From the NCBI RefSeq assembly GCF_009914755.1, contig NC_060932.1: a stretch of DNA of 64,000 nt; one strand, written 5' to 3'. Position numbers and translations under genes: made by a program. Below the pieces are notes generated by a model. It saw nothing but the letters and a program-made list of their open reading frames with translations. It ran no database searches and was not told where the DNA came from. The DNA is from the human T2T-CHM13v2.0 reference genome, Homo sapiens. Positions 13,301 through 29,244 of this stretch are shown piece by piece. Each line of letters starts with the position of its first letter. The stretch's first letter is position 1.

Positions 13301-16300
13301 TGTCTCTATCTTCCTCAGTTCAGCTCTGATCTTGGTTATTTCTTGTATTTTGCTACCTTTGGGGTTTGTTTGCTCTGGGTTTTCTAGATTTTTTAGTTGT
13401 GATGTTAGGTTGTTAACTTGAGATCTTTCTAGCTTTTTGATGTGGGCATTTAGTCCTATAAATTTCCCTCTTAACACTGCTTTAGCTTTGTCCCAGAGAT
13501 TCAGCTACATTATCTCTTTGGTCTCATTAGTTTCAAAGAACTTCTTGATTTCCGCCTTAATTTAATTATTTACCCAAAAGTTATTCAGGAGCAGGTTGTT
13601 CAATTTCCGTGTAGCTGTATGGTTTTGAGTAATTTCTTAATCTTGAGTTCTAATTTGCTTGTGCTGTGGTCTGAGAGACTGTTTCTGTTTGCTATTTTTT
13701 CAGTTCTTTTGTATTTACTGAGGAGTGTTTTACTTCCTATTATGTGATCAATTTTAGAGTAAGTGCCTTGTGGCAATGAGAAGAATGTATATTATGTTGG
13801 TTTCGGGTGGAGAAGTCTGTAGATGTCTATCGGGCCCACTTGTTCCAGAGCTGAGTTCAGGTCCTGAATATCTTGGCGGATTTTCTGTCTCAGTGATCTC
13901 TCCAATATTGTCACTGGGGTGTTAAAGTCTTCCACTATTATTGTGTGCGAGTCTAAGTCTCTTTGAAGGTCTCTAAGAACTTGCTTTATGAATCTAGGTG
14001 CCCCTGTATTGGATGCATATATATTTAGGATAGTTAGCTCTTCTTGTTTAATTGAACCCTTTACCATTATGTAATGTCCTTCTCTGTCTTTTTTGACCTT
14101 TGCTGATTTAACCTCTGTTTTGTCAGAAACTAGGATTGTGATTCCTGTTTGGCAAATTTTCCTCCATCCTTTTAGAAAAATTGGTAAATTTCCCTCCATC
14201 CCTATATTTCAAGCTCATGTATGTCTTTGCAAGTGAGATGGGTCTCTTGAAGAGAGCATACTGATGGGTCTTGGTTCTTTATCTAGCTTGCCATTCTGTG
14301 TCTTTTAACTGGGGCATTTATCCCATTTACATTTAAGGTTAGTATCGTTATGTGTGGATTTGATCCTGTTATGATTCCAGCTGGTTATTTTGCAGACTTG
14401 TTTATGTGGTTGCTTCATAGTGTCACTAGTCTATGTACTTAAGTGTGTTTTTGTAGTGGCTGGTAATGGATTTTCCTTTCTATATTTAGTGCTTCCTTCA
14501 GGAGCTCCTGTAAGGGAGGTCTGGTAGTAACAAATTCCCTCAGCATTTGCCTGTCTGAAAAGAATCTTATTTCTCCTTCACTTATAAAGCTTAGTTTGAC
14601 TGAAAATGAAATTCTGGGTTGGAAATTCCTTTCTTTAAGTATGTTGAATATTGACCCCCAATCTCTTCTGGCTTGCAGGGTTTCAGCTGAAAGTTCTGCT
14701 ATTAGTAATGGACTTCCTTTTGTAGGTGACCTGGGCTTTCTTTCTGGCTACTCTTAAAATTTTTTCTTTCATTTCAACCTTGGAGAATCTGATGATTGTG
14801 TGTCTTGGGGATGATCTTGTCATAGAGTATCTTACTGGGATTCTCCACATTTCCTGAATTTGATTGTTGGCCTGCCTTGCTAGGTTCAGGAAATTCTCCT
14901 GGATGATATCCTGAAATATGTTTTCCAAATTGGTTCCATTCTGCCCATCTCTTTTAGGTACCTCAATCAGTTGCAGATTCAGTCTCTTTACATAATCCTC
15001 TATTTCTTAGAGGGTTTTTTCATTCCTTTTCATTCTTTTTTTCTCTATTCTTGTCTGCCTGTCTTATTTCAGAAAGATCATCTTTAAGCTCTAAGACTTT
15101 TTCCTCCACTTTATCTATTCCGCTATTAATACTTGTTATTGCACTGTGAAGTTCTTGTAGTGTGCTTTTCAGCTCTATCAAATCAGTTATATTCCTCTCT
15201 AAACTGGCTATTTTGGCTGTCAGCTCCTGCATTGTTTTATCATGATTCTTAGCTTTTTTCCATTGGGTTACAACATTCTCTTTTAGCTCAGCAAAGTTTG
15301 TTTTTATCCACGTTCCGAAGCCTGCTTCTGTCATGTCAGACATCTCATCCTCAGCCCAGTTCTGAGCCCTTGCTGGGGAGGTGTTGCAGTCATTTGGAGG
15401 AAAAGGGGCACTCCGGATTTTTGAGTACTCAGCATTTTTCCCTTGATTCTTTCTCATCTTCCTGGGCTTATCTACCTCAGATCTTTAAGGTTGGTGACCT
15501 TTGGATAGGGTTTTTGTAATTTGTTGTTGTTGTTTTCTGTTTGTTTGTTTTTCTTTTAACAGTCTGGCCACTGTCCCATAGGGCTGCTGGGGTTTGCTGG
15601 GGGTCTGTTCCAGACCCTAGTTGCCTCAGTTTTTCCCATACCTGGAGGTATCACCAGTAAAGTCTGCAAAACAGCAAAGATGGCAGCCTGCCCCTTCCTC
15701 TGGAAGCTCTGTCCCCTTGTCCCAAGGGGGTACTGACCTGTAACTGGTCCAAATGTGCCTGTAGGAGGTGGCTGGAGACCTCAGTTGGAAGGTGTCACCC
15801 AGTCAGGAGGAACAGGATTAGAAATCCACTTAAAGAAACAGTCTGGCTGCTGTTTGGTAGAGCAGTTGTGCTGTGTTGGGAATCCCTTCAGCTCCTGATC
15901 AGTTTGGGCTCTCCAAGGCCCACAGTCTGGACTGGCTGAGATGCCTGAACAGCCAAGGTGGCAGCCTACCCTGCCCCTTAGGCACTCCAACCCAGGGAGA
16001 AATTTTAACTCTGTCTGCTATAGAACATGGGCAGGGGTGGCTGGAGGCCCTGGCTAGGAGGACTCGCCCACAAGGAGGAGTGGATAGGATCCTGCTTAAA
16101 GCAGCAGTCTGGCCATGCCTCAACAAAACAGCCCTGTTGTGCTGGAGAATCACCTCTGCCCCTGTCTGCTTGGACTCTCTATGGCCCACAGGCTGGAACA
16201 GCTGAGTCATCCAAACAACAAAGATGGTAGCCCACACCTTCTCCCCGCCAATCCTCGCCCCTCCACCACAGCACTCCATCCCAGGGAGAGATCAGAGCTC

Positions 16301-17423
16301 TGTCCATAGAGTATGTGCAGGTGAGGGTGGCTGAAGGCCTCAGCAGGGAGATATCATCCGGTGAGATAGCGGTCTGCTTAAAGAAGCAGTCTAAGCATAC
16401 CTTGACAAAACAGCCCTTTCATGCTGGGGAGCCACTTCTGCCCCCAGCCGCTTGAACTCTCCAAAGCCCACAGGCTAGAATGGCTGAGTGGTCCACACAA
16501 CCAAGGTGGCGACCTGCCTCTCCCCGCTGGCACTTTCTTCCAGGGAGAGATCAGAGCTCTGTTTGTAGAATGCGGGTGGGGATGGCCGGAGGCCTTGGCT
16601 GGGAGATCCCGCCCAGTGAGGCAGAATAGATCGGGGTCCTGCTTAAAGAAGCAGTCTGGCCACGTTTTGGTAAAGCAGCCATGCTGTGCTGGGGGGAACC
16701 TACCTCACTGCGACCATTTGGACTCTTCAAAGCCCTCTGGCTGGAATGTCTTGAGTTGACTGAAAAGGGGATGGTGGCCCACCCCTCCCTGCTGGGGTTC
16801 TGTCCTGTGTCAGGCAGACCGCATCTTGTTGCCAGTGGCTGGCTAGAATTCCAAGCCAGTGAGTTCTATCTTGTGAGGGGCTGTGGAAGTGGGGCCCGCA
16901 GACCAACACTGCTTAGGCCCCTGGGTTCAGCTCCCTTCTTAGGGGTATATATGGACCTCCCACCTTGTCTGAGCTGCAGACATCTTTTCCGGGGGTCCTG
17001 GGGCTGGAATGTAAAACTCCTGAGTCTCTGTGCATGCCTGAGAAGCTGCTCTGCTGAGATTCCACACAGCTGTGTATGTCAGACCCAAGGCACTGGTGGT
17101 GTGGGCCCACAGGTGGACCTCCTGATCTGCGGGTTGCAAAGATCAATGGGAGAAGCATGGTTTTCCAGGGTTGTACAATCATTCATTGCTTCCCTTTGCT
17201 GGGGGTGGTGATTCCCTTGGCTCCATGTCACTCCCAGGCGGGCCATCACCCCACACTGCTTTTCCTCATTGTCTCAGTGGGTCAAGTTGTTTCTCTGATC
17301 AGTCTCAATGTGAGTACCTGGATATTTCAGTTGAAGGTGCCATATGCACTCGCCCCTTTCGTTCCTCTCCATGAGTGCCGCAGACTGCAGTTGCTTCTAA
17401 TTGGCCATCTTGGACCCCTCCTT
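10333..17423 (-). mobile_element. Full-length old primate L1 (L1PA12/13-like), both ORFs decayed
   Basis: TSD atcatcttttc at 10322-10332 and 17424-17434; 5' end with YY1 core aagatggcc; ORF1 fragments (MRKNQ.. from 15457; 14683-14928) and ORF2 fragments (13792-14199 EN, 11200-11409, 10567-10749). Confidence 0.92.
15670..16790 (-). repeat. Four diverged ~265-280 bp tandem monomers in the L1 5'UTR
   Basis: Anchor ttaaag(a/c)a(a/g)cagtct recurs at ~15830, 16097, 16378, 16643, as do cagggaga(g/a)at..ctctg and ggctggaggcc motifs. Confidence 0.85.
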
Positions 17424-17781
17424 ATCATCTTTTCATGTGATTGTTTTAGGTAAATGTCTCTTCATGTCTTTTGTACTTTGTCCAGTTGGATTGTTTTTAC
17501 TGTTGAGTTTTGGAAATTCCTTATATATTCTAGACATTAGTATTTAGATGAATTGTTTGCAAATATTTTCTCCCACTGCATAGCTTGTCTTCATCATCTT
17601 TTCAGTCTTTCACTGAAAAAGTTTTCAACTTGTCAATATTTTATTTTATAGATCATGCTTTCATTGTGAAATTCATGCTTAGTCCTGTATCCTAATGAGT
17701 GTTCTCATGTTTCTTATTAAAAAAGTTTTATAGTTTTACATTTTGCATTTTTAATGAGATGTGAAGCATAAATTGAGGTTT

Positions 17782-17813
17782 TCCTTTTCTTTTTTTTTTT
17801 TTTTTTTTTTTTT
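17782..17813. repeat. Poly-T tract
   Basis: Run of about 24 T inside the L1MC sequence. Confidence 0.9.
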
Positions 17814-18423
17814 GCCTGTGGATGTCTAATTGTTCCTGCACCACTTGTTGGAAAGGCTGTCTTTCCTGCAATGAATTGCTTTTGCACCTTTGTCAAACTC
17901 AGTTGAGCATATTTGTGTGGGTGGGTCTATTTCTGAATTTCTTGTTCTATTTCATTGATTTATGCCTGTATCCCACTGCCAGAACCATACAGTTTTGATT
18001 ACCATAGCTACATAGTAAGTCTTAAAGTCAAGTAGGCTGATACCTTTCATCTTTTATAAAATTGTTTTTGCTATTCTAGTTTCTTTACCTTTTCATATAA
18101 ATTTTAGAAAATTTTTGTATCTATACAATATATTGCTGGGTTTTGATAGAAATTGTATTAAACCTATCTGTCAATTCAGGGAGTATTGACATACTATGTT
18201 GAGTCTTCCAATCCATAAAGCCCCGTGCCTCTCCATTTACTTAGATTTTTTAAAAATTTCTTTCATCAGTGTTGCATAGTTTTCAGCATACAAATCTTAT
18301 ACATATTTTGGTAGATTTACACTTAAGTATTTCCTTTTTTATTTTTTAAACAATTGTAAATAATATATTTTAATTTTTCTATCTACACCTTCATTGCTAG
18401 TATATAGAAATACGAGTTTTTTT

Positions 18424-18567
18424 ATTTTCAATTTCAATACAATTATTTTATATTTATAGACCCTTTGAATATGCTAAACTTGTTTCTTAGTTTTTTTAAT
18501 TTTCAATTTCAATACAATCGTTTTATATGTATATACCCTTTGAATATGCTAAACTTATTTCTTAGTT
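18424..18567. repeat. 75-bp-period tandem duplication inside L1MC
   Basis: attttcaatttcaatacaat..ccctttgaatatgctaaactt(g/a)tttcttagtt occurs twice, starting at 18424 and 18499. Confidence 0.9.
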
Positions 18568-20304
18568 CTAGGCATTTTAAAAAATTCTTTTGAACTTTCT
18601 ACATAGACAATCATGTCATACAAATAGGGACAATTTTCTTTCATCCTTTTTAATCCGTAAGAATTTTACTTCCTTTTCTTGTCTTATTGTTCTGGTCAGA
18701 ACTTACAGCACTATGTTGAAAAGGGTGATAGGAGAGGACATCTTTGCCTTGTACCTAATCTTATGGGGAAAGCATTGACTATTTTGCCATTAAGTATAGT
18801 GTTAGCTGTAGGTTTTCTTATGGATGGTCTTTATCAAATTGAGGAAGTTTCCCTCTATTACTATTTTCCTGGGAGTGATTTTTTGTTTGCTTGTTTTGTT
18901 TTTATTATGAATCTGCACTGAATTCTGTCAAATGCTTTTTCTGCATTGACTGATATGGTCATGTTATTTTTCTTCTTTAGTCTATTAATGTGGTAGATTA
19001 TATTGATTGACTTTCAAATATTGAACCAGCCTTGTATCCTTGAATAACTACCATGTGATCATGGTGTATGGTTGGTTTTATGTATTGATAAATTATATTT
19101 GCTATTTTTTTTAAAGCTTTCTGTGTCATGAGGTATCTTGGTCTGTGGCTTTCTATTTTTGTACTGTCTTTGGGTGAATTTGTTATCAGGGTAATATTAG
19201 CTTCATAAAATGAATTGGAAGGTGTTCCATTCTCTTCCAGTTTCTGGAAAACTTTATATAGAAATGGTGTTAATTTTTCTTTAAACAATTAATATAATTC
19301 TCCATTGAAACTACATAGGCCTACAGTTATCATTTGGGGGAGTTTTTAAATTACAAATTCAATAGTTATGTGGCTATTCAGATTACATATTTCATGTTGG
19401 TTAAGTTGTGATAGATTTTTTTTTATTGAGAACTGGTCCATTTTATCTAAGTTGTCAAATTTATGTGTATAGAATTGTTGTAGAATTTACTTCTTTTTTT
19501 GCTGTCTGTAGGTCTGTAGTAATACTCCTGTTTCATTTTTGATATTAGTAATTTGTATCTTCTCTATTTTTGGTAACACTTGCTAGAAGATTGTTAATTT
19601 TATTGATCTTTTCAAGTAACTAGCTTTTTGTTTTATTTATCTTTTCTATTTTTTTTTTGGCTTTCAATCTCATTAATTTATGATTTTATATTCATTATTT
19701 CTTCCATCTGTTGGTTTGGGTTTATTATACTCTTATTTTCCTAGGCACTTGAGTTGGATACTCAGATGTTTTCAGCATTTTCCTCTGTTTTTAATTTATA
19801 AATGTAGTGTGATAAATTTTCCCCTCAGACTGCCATGGTTGTATTGCAGCAATTTTGACAAATTATGTTTTTAGTTTTATTCAGTTCAATGTATTATTTT
19901 TTCAATTTCTGTGGAGACTATTTTTTTTTTGACCACAGGATATTTTGGGTCGTTTAGTTTCCAGATATTTTGAGTGTTTCCTGTTATCTGTCTATGACTA
20001 GTTTCTAGTTTGATTCCACTGGGTCACAGAACACACTCTCTATGATTTCAATTCTTTTAAATCTGTTGAGGCTTGTTTTATAATCCAGTATGTGTTCTAT
20101 CTTGGTATATGCTTTATGGGCACTTGAAAATAATGTGTATTCTTATGTTGTTGAGTGGACTGTTTCATGAACGTTAATTAGGTCTTATTGGTTAATGGTA
20201 TTTTTGACTTCGTTTGTTTCCTTGCTGATTTTCTGCCTATTTGTTCTATCAGTTGTTGAGAGAGGAATGTTGAAGTCTCCAACTATAACTGTGGATGTAT
20301 TTCT

Positions 20305-22819
<2,515 letters not shown>

Positions 22820-24272
22820 TCATTGAATCGTTATTACCCTGGCTGCTTTAAAATTTTGTCAGATTATTCAAATGCTTTTCATTCATTTTGAGAACCCTTT
22901 GGTTATTAGTATTATGAGTAATTTTTTGGAAAACTGAATGTTTTTGTATTTATCTTATGAGACTCTGGATCTTATTTTATTCATTTTTAGCTTCTTAATA
23001 CACTCCAGCAGGGGAAGGAGAAGGCTACCTTGTTACTACCAGGTGGAGGTAGAAGCCCAGGTTCTTCACTGGCCTCCATTTACCCCTGAGTGTGTGTGTG
23101 TGGTGGGGAGATGATTTCTGGTCCTGCTGGGCTGCTGAACAGGAGCAGAAGGTTTGACTTTCCAACTGTTCTCCACTGACACCATGTTGGGAGCAATTGC
23201 AATGCAGGGTGTAGAAGTTCGGGATCCCCTATTGTCTGTACATTTGCCACTAATACCATGAAGGAAGAAAGGAGTCCTTCATCAGCTAGTGAGCATGAAA
23301 GTTCCAGCTACTTCCTTTGCCTTCTCTGACACCAACGCAGTGGGGGTTTTGGACCATTTGTCACAGCCACAGGAGGGTGGAAGTCTGAGCTTCTCATTTA
23401 GCCTTTACTATCACGGGTGGTGCTGAGGCCTCAGTTTTTGTTTATTTGGTTTTGTTTATTTGTTGTTTGCTTTTCCATGATGTTTGGCTGGAGTAGAATA
23501 ATGATTATCTAAAAGTTTTCCTTCTAGAGGCCACACCTTTCTTTGTCCTTTGACTAGACAGAGTGGGATCCTGCTGGGGCTTCTTTTGTCTGGGTCTTAG
23601 GTTTCGGGATTGCTGACTATTTCAGCTCCGTGTCTGAGAAATCCCAGGGAACTCATTATTGTGTCAGTCCCATGTCCTGAGATCCCTAGCTAGCCTGTCC
23701 TTTTGTCCCCACCTTCCAGAGTCTTGTTTTACTTAACATATAATGTCCATGGTTTGTCGTTGCATTTAGCAGGATGAATAGGAAATGTACACCTATTTCA
23801 TGTTTCTGGGAGTGGACTTTTCAATGATATTTTATCACCAGGATTTTAATTAGGGTCTGCATCCTGAAGCAGGAAGCACTGGTGTCAGTTCCTGGAGGCC
23901 GTAAAGAAGACCACTCTAATGAGTTTCTAAACCCAGGAGACTGCTACTCCCTTCTGGCAACACCATGCCCTTTGGGACACACTAGGACATTTTTCACATG
24001 CAAGTGCATGATCTTATTTTCGTGAATATAGTTTGTGAAGTATAAACCAGTTTTCCCCTACTTTCTTTAAAACTGTTTACTCATCCTCATTAAGAACACT
24101 AAATATAAGGTCTCTAATAGTCCAAGAAGGATTGCAGCACCTATAAGACTAGAAGATTTGAGAATACATATGGATCTTGATATGTTCACCCGTAACCACA
24201 GAAAAGTATTTTAAAAAAAATACAACTCTTCCTGGTTGGGGGGAAGCAAAAGGAACTTGAAGAGAAGCTTGA

Positions 24273-24490
24273 GCAATGCTGGCAAATGTTTAAAAATCAG
24301 CATTTGGGGGAGGGGGGTCGGGGGTGGGTGGAAAGCTGCAATTTGTAATGTTTTCAATTCTGTAGTATAAATACTCTTATCATGGCTGATTTCAAGCCAC
24401 CAATGTGCCAGCACTCATTGTGAAGTTGGGAAGAGATGCTAACAATTGGCTTTCACAAGTCAGGCTGTGCCAGCTCCCCTGCACCACCAC
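24273..24490 (-). mobile_element. MER63A-like hAT DNA transposon
   Basis: aaatactc..catggctgatttcaagc.accaatgtg..gttgggaagagatgctaacaattggct..cagctcc..gcaccac resembles the reverse complement of MER63A. Confidence 0.75.
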
Positions 24491-26834
24491 AAGTGACAGC
24501 AACTGATAAAATTCTTTGAGAAAGAGGCTTCCTGCCCACCGCATTCCACTGTTCAGCTTCTAGAGGAATTGTCAGTAGAACTTCTACTAAATTTGGATAC
24601 CTGGGGGTAAGATAGACCAAGCCTGTTCTACTACTGGACAATGGACAATCAAACTTGTTTCTAGAACTTCTGGGAATTCTATCCTATGACGATCATGGCA
24701 TGGAAAGTAAAAATGACTGTATGTGTCAGTGTCAGAGAGGCCTAAGGAACTTTCACCAAGTCTCCTACAGAACAGAGAAGAGAGGCTATGATTTCCTTAT
24801 GTTCCTGAGAAAGGCAAAGCATTTGTCTGAAAGCGAAAGCCAGGAGATCAAAGTAACTTCCCTGTCACAAGAGGAAACATGAGAGCAGAATTCAGCATGA
24901 GTTTTGTATATGGCAATCAAGTATATTCATGGCTATCTAAATGAATGTCCACGTAGAAGTCAGGCAGCACAAAGAACAAGATATAACAGCTGAACATCCC
25001 ACTGAAAACCAGCTAAGTGTTGATCACAACCATCAAAAAAATTCTTGTCTTTACTTACAGTGTGACTGTAACTTTCAGAAAGTAACACATCAGTAAAATG
25101 CAGGTAATAATGGTAGCTGCTTTTACTAGTGTGAAGGAATGCTTAAGTACATAGTTCCTAAAAGACAGTAAGATTTGAAAAATACATTATACGTGTATTT
25201 AAAAGGACTTAAGTATGTCTTGCAACTCTATCTTATTACAGAATCATTTGCTTTTAGGTATATCATTCTGCCTTCAAAAAGGAAGAGGAGCAAGTATTTT
25301 CAAGGGCAGGCACTGCTTTTTTATTCTGGAACCCTAGAGATTCAGACCAGGAAACCTGTTAGGATGAGGGCTTTTAAGGAGGCAGGAAGAGAGAAGCTGT
25401 GACTTGAAAACAGATGAATCCAGAAGTCACACACACAACTGTTCATCACCTAAGCTGGATATAAGATAATTTTTTATAGTATTTCATTCTTCTTTTCATT
25501 ACATTGTAGTGTCCTTAAGTAAATCCATTAGCTTGTTTGGGATTAGAGACTATTGTGCTTTTGTTGATATTAACAACAACTTATAAAATGATACATTGTA
25601 TGTGAGACTCATATATGTAGACAATGTGATGCTCTTGTACACAGAGAGTTAAAGCATGCAGGTGGACAGGGGTGAATGCTGGAGAAAGCGGGGCCAGGGA
25701 AGGTAAGTTGTGAGGGAGATATAAGGTCTAATCCAAGCTCTGTGACTGTGGTGTTTGTATTTAGTGGGAATTAAGACTAAATTATGTTTTGTAAAAGAAG
25801 TGAAATCTACTTCTTAATTTTTTAGCGCATTCATTGGTGGATTGGTGTCAGGGAAACGTTGCTGGATGGTATTTTGCATACTTAGGTAGTTCTTTGCAGT
25901 TCACTACTGTCCTCAAAACCAATCATTTCTTTAAACTGTGTAAAAAACATGATTCATTTAAAGAAAAGCATACTGTTGCTTTAGGGCCTTCAGTGATGTG
26001 TACAAAATACAAATTCAACAATTAAATTATGTTAAATTAAATTAACTCTGGCAGCTGTAATTTCCCTTAAAAAGCACAGCAGAGTATTGGGCATGAGAGA
26101 ATGCCACTCGAAGCCTATTATTTTTTTCCAAAGGTGTCAGTTATTTAATCTTTTGATTCTCAAAATAATTAGTTTGCTCAAATATACGTTTTCTATTATT
26201 TAAATATTTCAAATTAAATATATCTATTTGGTATAGCTATAAACTTTTTCTACTTGACATTGTCAATCTATAGTAATAACTTGTCTATTTCAACTGAATC
26301 ATTAGAAAACATCAACAACATATTAGAAGCACGTAACAATAATCTAGTAACTACCAACATAAACTAATTACTGCAAAAACAATTTGTCACCATATAATAG
26401 TGATTACAGCTTGCTTAAAATATATAATTCCATACTTTCATTTTAATCTAATATTCATAGAATATTATGTGTTTCTTGCAGTCTGGAACTACTTCATTTT
26501 CTGCACCTAGCAGTAGTTGACTTATTATATTTGTCATTTGGGTTGAATTGAATGAACACATGGTGCCAGAGATGGTGATTTCTCAGTTTTAGTTCTTACC
26601 CTTCAGTTCAAGTATCATATTCATCCTTAGGATTATTCTACTTTTTTGCATGTGTATTTTTTGTCTGAATTTCTGAATTTGATTTTAGACCACAAGTAGA
26701 GGATGTAATTGACATCAAAAATTAAGGATTACCTAGAACTATCAAAGTTACATTTGGGGATGATTGGAAACAATTCTGGCTGGTATATTTGGCAAATATC
26801 TTCATTTCATTCATCAGTTTCAATATGAATAATC

Positions 26835-27015
26835 ATATTGAAAATTGGAGTCAGGCAACCTGGGTTATGGTCGTAGTTCTGACACTAGCTTGTTTTCTAA
26901 ACTTGGGAAATTCACTTAATTTCTTTTTGTTTTATTTTACTCATTTGTAAACTGTGGATATTACGACTATCTGAAGTAATTTAGTTGTGAGGTTCTAAAA
27001 TGAAATATTTATATA
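26835..27015 (+). mobile_element. MIR SINE
   Basis: ggagtcaggcaacctgggtt..cttgggaaattcacttaat..ctcatttgtaaa..gttgtgagg..aaatga. Confidence 0.7.
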
Positions 27016-27514
27016 AAAATAGTTTAAAGGGGGAAACATTTATACCTGTTTTAATTTTCAAGTATATATATAAGTTGATTAATAAAACACATGGTTAACT
27101 TTTTTAATTTGAAGCACTAAAGTTCTTTTCTTATGTAAAGATTGTCATTTATCTTCTAGAAACCTAATAATAATGTGAAATATGATTTCATGCACACAAT
27201 ATTTAATATCTATTATATAAAGTCTTAAAAGGTACCAATGCTCTGTTTTCATAAAAAGTAAGTTTTACCAGATATCCTAACTGAGCCAGACATTCCCTGT
27301 TCCCAGAGCTTTGCAGAAGTGAGAACTCATTAGTCTCATTAGTCTTCAAAACAAGCAGTCCTTCGATCACAAGGAATCTTGCAGGCTTTCACAGATCTCT
27401 GAGGAAGTTTTCTCACCCCTTTCCATTGCCTTAAAACTGTTTGGAACGGAGTTTAGTCTTGTGTGGAGAAAACTATTGGTAATTTTTTCTTTTAATGTTG
27501 TGTATCTATGTGAC

Positions 27515-27570
27515 TGTGTGTGCACATTTGTGTGTTTGTGTGTGGGTCAGAGAGAAAGAGAGAGAGAAAG
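27515..27570. repeat. (TG)n / (GA)n compound microsatellite
   Basis: Direct reading of the sequence. Confidence 0.7.
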
Positions 27571-28506
27571 AATCATTGATTTAAAAAGTCGTATAACTTT
27601 CTTCTTTATATATTTTCTCTATTATGCATTCGAAATTTTGGTGGGTTGATTAAAATGGGATTTTGATCATCACAGTTATGGGGGCAAAGTATATTTTAAA
27701 GGTAGTCTAGGATTATAGTTTTAATACTGACTAGTGATTTGGGCCTGTCCTTAGGCTAAAATTCAGAACAACTTTCTGCAGATTTCTCCATTGTCCCATA
27801 TGTCATTATGCTCTACTGCAACGGCTAAGGGAGAAGAATAGCTTTCCATTTTTCTGATGTATATTTTTATTTCTTTTTGGTGACTGAGCCACGAGCAGGC
27901 CTTTTGCTAATTGAGAGAAGAAAGACAATGTGCTCAGGGTAATTTTTATAAAGCTAAGAGAATTTTCTGAAGATAGAGCCCAAATTGTACAGGCTTTCAA
28001 AATAAACACCAGATGTGGTCTGGTTCATGGAATATATTGACTTGATAAGGGATCTTTTTAGGAAAAAAGAGGAAGGAATCAAATCTGGAAGCTATTGTTA
28101 TGAATCTCTTTTAAGTAGTAAGAAAAAGAATTGGTGTCAAAGATTTGGTGTGGAGCCCAGGCCAGCCACTTAGCTGTGTTCCTTTTTCACTCTGAGACCG
28201 CTCTGATTAATTTTTACAAATATAAAGGGAAACCTTTGTTATATATAAGTGTGTAAAACTGTGATGATCAGATCACCTGAAAGTGGTTTTATTTAACAAC
28301 ATTAATGTGGGTGAGGGAATTTGGAAGAAGTTCTGGCCAGCCCTTAGTCCTGGCCTGAGGGCTGAGGAGGAAGCTGTGTTTCTTTCCTAGGCCCATTTGG
28401 GATCTCAGATCCTCACCTGGCTGAGGAGAAACACATGAACCTGGGGCACCCATAACCCACAAATCCTGGAATAAGGGCATCTCATTTAGGCTGGGATCAT
28501 GTGGAA

Positions 28507-28681
28507 CAGTGGTTCTTGGACTTTGTCATCCATAAGAATCTTCTGGAGACCTTGCTATAATATATTTTCCTAAGCCCCATTCCCAGAGATTCAGTGGTAA
28601 GTTTAGGGCCCATGAAATCTCATTTCTTCCACACTCATAGTGATGCTAGTGCTACTGGCCTGAGAATCACACTTGGAGAGA
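28507..28681. mobile_element. MER5A/B-like hAT-Charlie MITE
   Basis: cagtggttct..cataagaatc..ggagaccttg..cccattcccagagattc..gtgatgct..gctactgg..cacacttggag. Confidence 0.7.
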
Positions 28682-28895
28682 CTCCCCATCCCAGAGATAG
28701 TGAGCACATGACTTCTTTGTGCCCAGAGTCTTGGTGAATCATCTTTCTCACATGGAGAAAAGCTTTTTCCCTAAAGAAAGGAAAGAATGAACAAAATAAG
28801 AAAAGCAGCAAGGATTCTTTTCCTGGTCCTGCAGTAGGCATCTTAGTGTCCCTTAGTTCTGTAATCTTCACAGCGCCCTGTGAGGAAGCAAGTGC

Positions 28896-29244
28896 TGTCT
28901 TCGTTCATTCAGGCTGCTGTGACAAAAATACCATAAATTGATAAACAACACAAATTTGTTTCTCACTGTTCTGAAGCCTGGAAGTTCAAGATCAGCGTGC
29001 TGAGAGATTGGGTGGCTGGTGAGGGCCCACTTTCTATTTCACAGAACAGAGCCTTCTCATTGTGTCCTCACATGGCAGAAGGGGTGATGGAGCTCCCTTG
29101 GACTCTGTTATAAAGACACCAATCCCATCTTTGAGTGCTTTGCCTCCATGACCTAATCCCCGCCCGAAGGCCCCACCTCCTAACACCATCACAAAGGTGA
29201 CTGGATTTCAACATGAGAATTTTGGGGGGACATAGACCATAGCA
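28896..29244 (-). mobile_element. MLT1A-like MaLR solo LTR inserted in a MIR (MIR ~28860-29380, minus)
   Basis: tg...ca ends, imperfect 5-bp TSD agtgc/agtac, typical caggctgct..aaaataccataa..ggaagttcaagatc..atgagaattttggggggac. Confidence 0.85.

Noticed and set aside
15670-16790. Repeated anchors that could be read as a CRISPR-like array
   Set aside because: The whole ~270-bp units are homologous (no unique spacers), they lie in a eukaryotic L1 5'UTR, and there are no cas genes.
15781-17453. Cluster of overlapping 60-176 aa ORFs
   Set aside because: By-product of the GC-rich L1 5'UTR monomer array; no recognisable domain.
25061-25103. 43-nt plus-strand exon-like segment (ttacAG ... cag|GTAATA)
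   Set aside because: The donor lies in MIR-like sequence (gtaaaatg..taataat), with no coding signal or linked exons; insufficient support.
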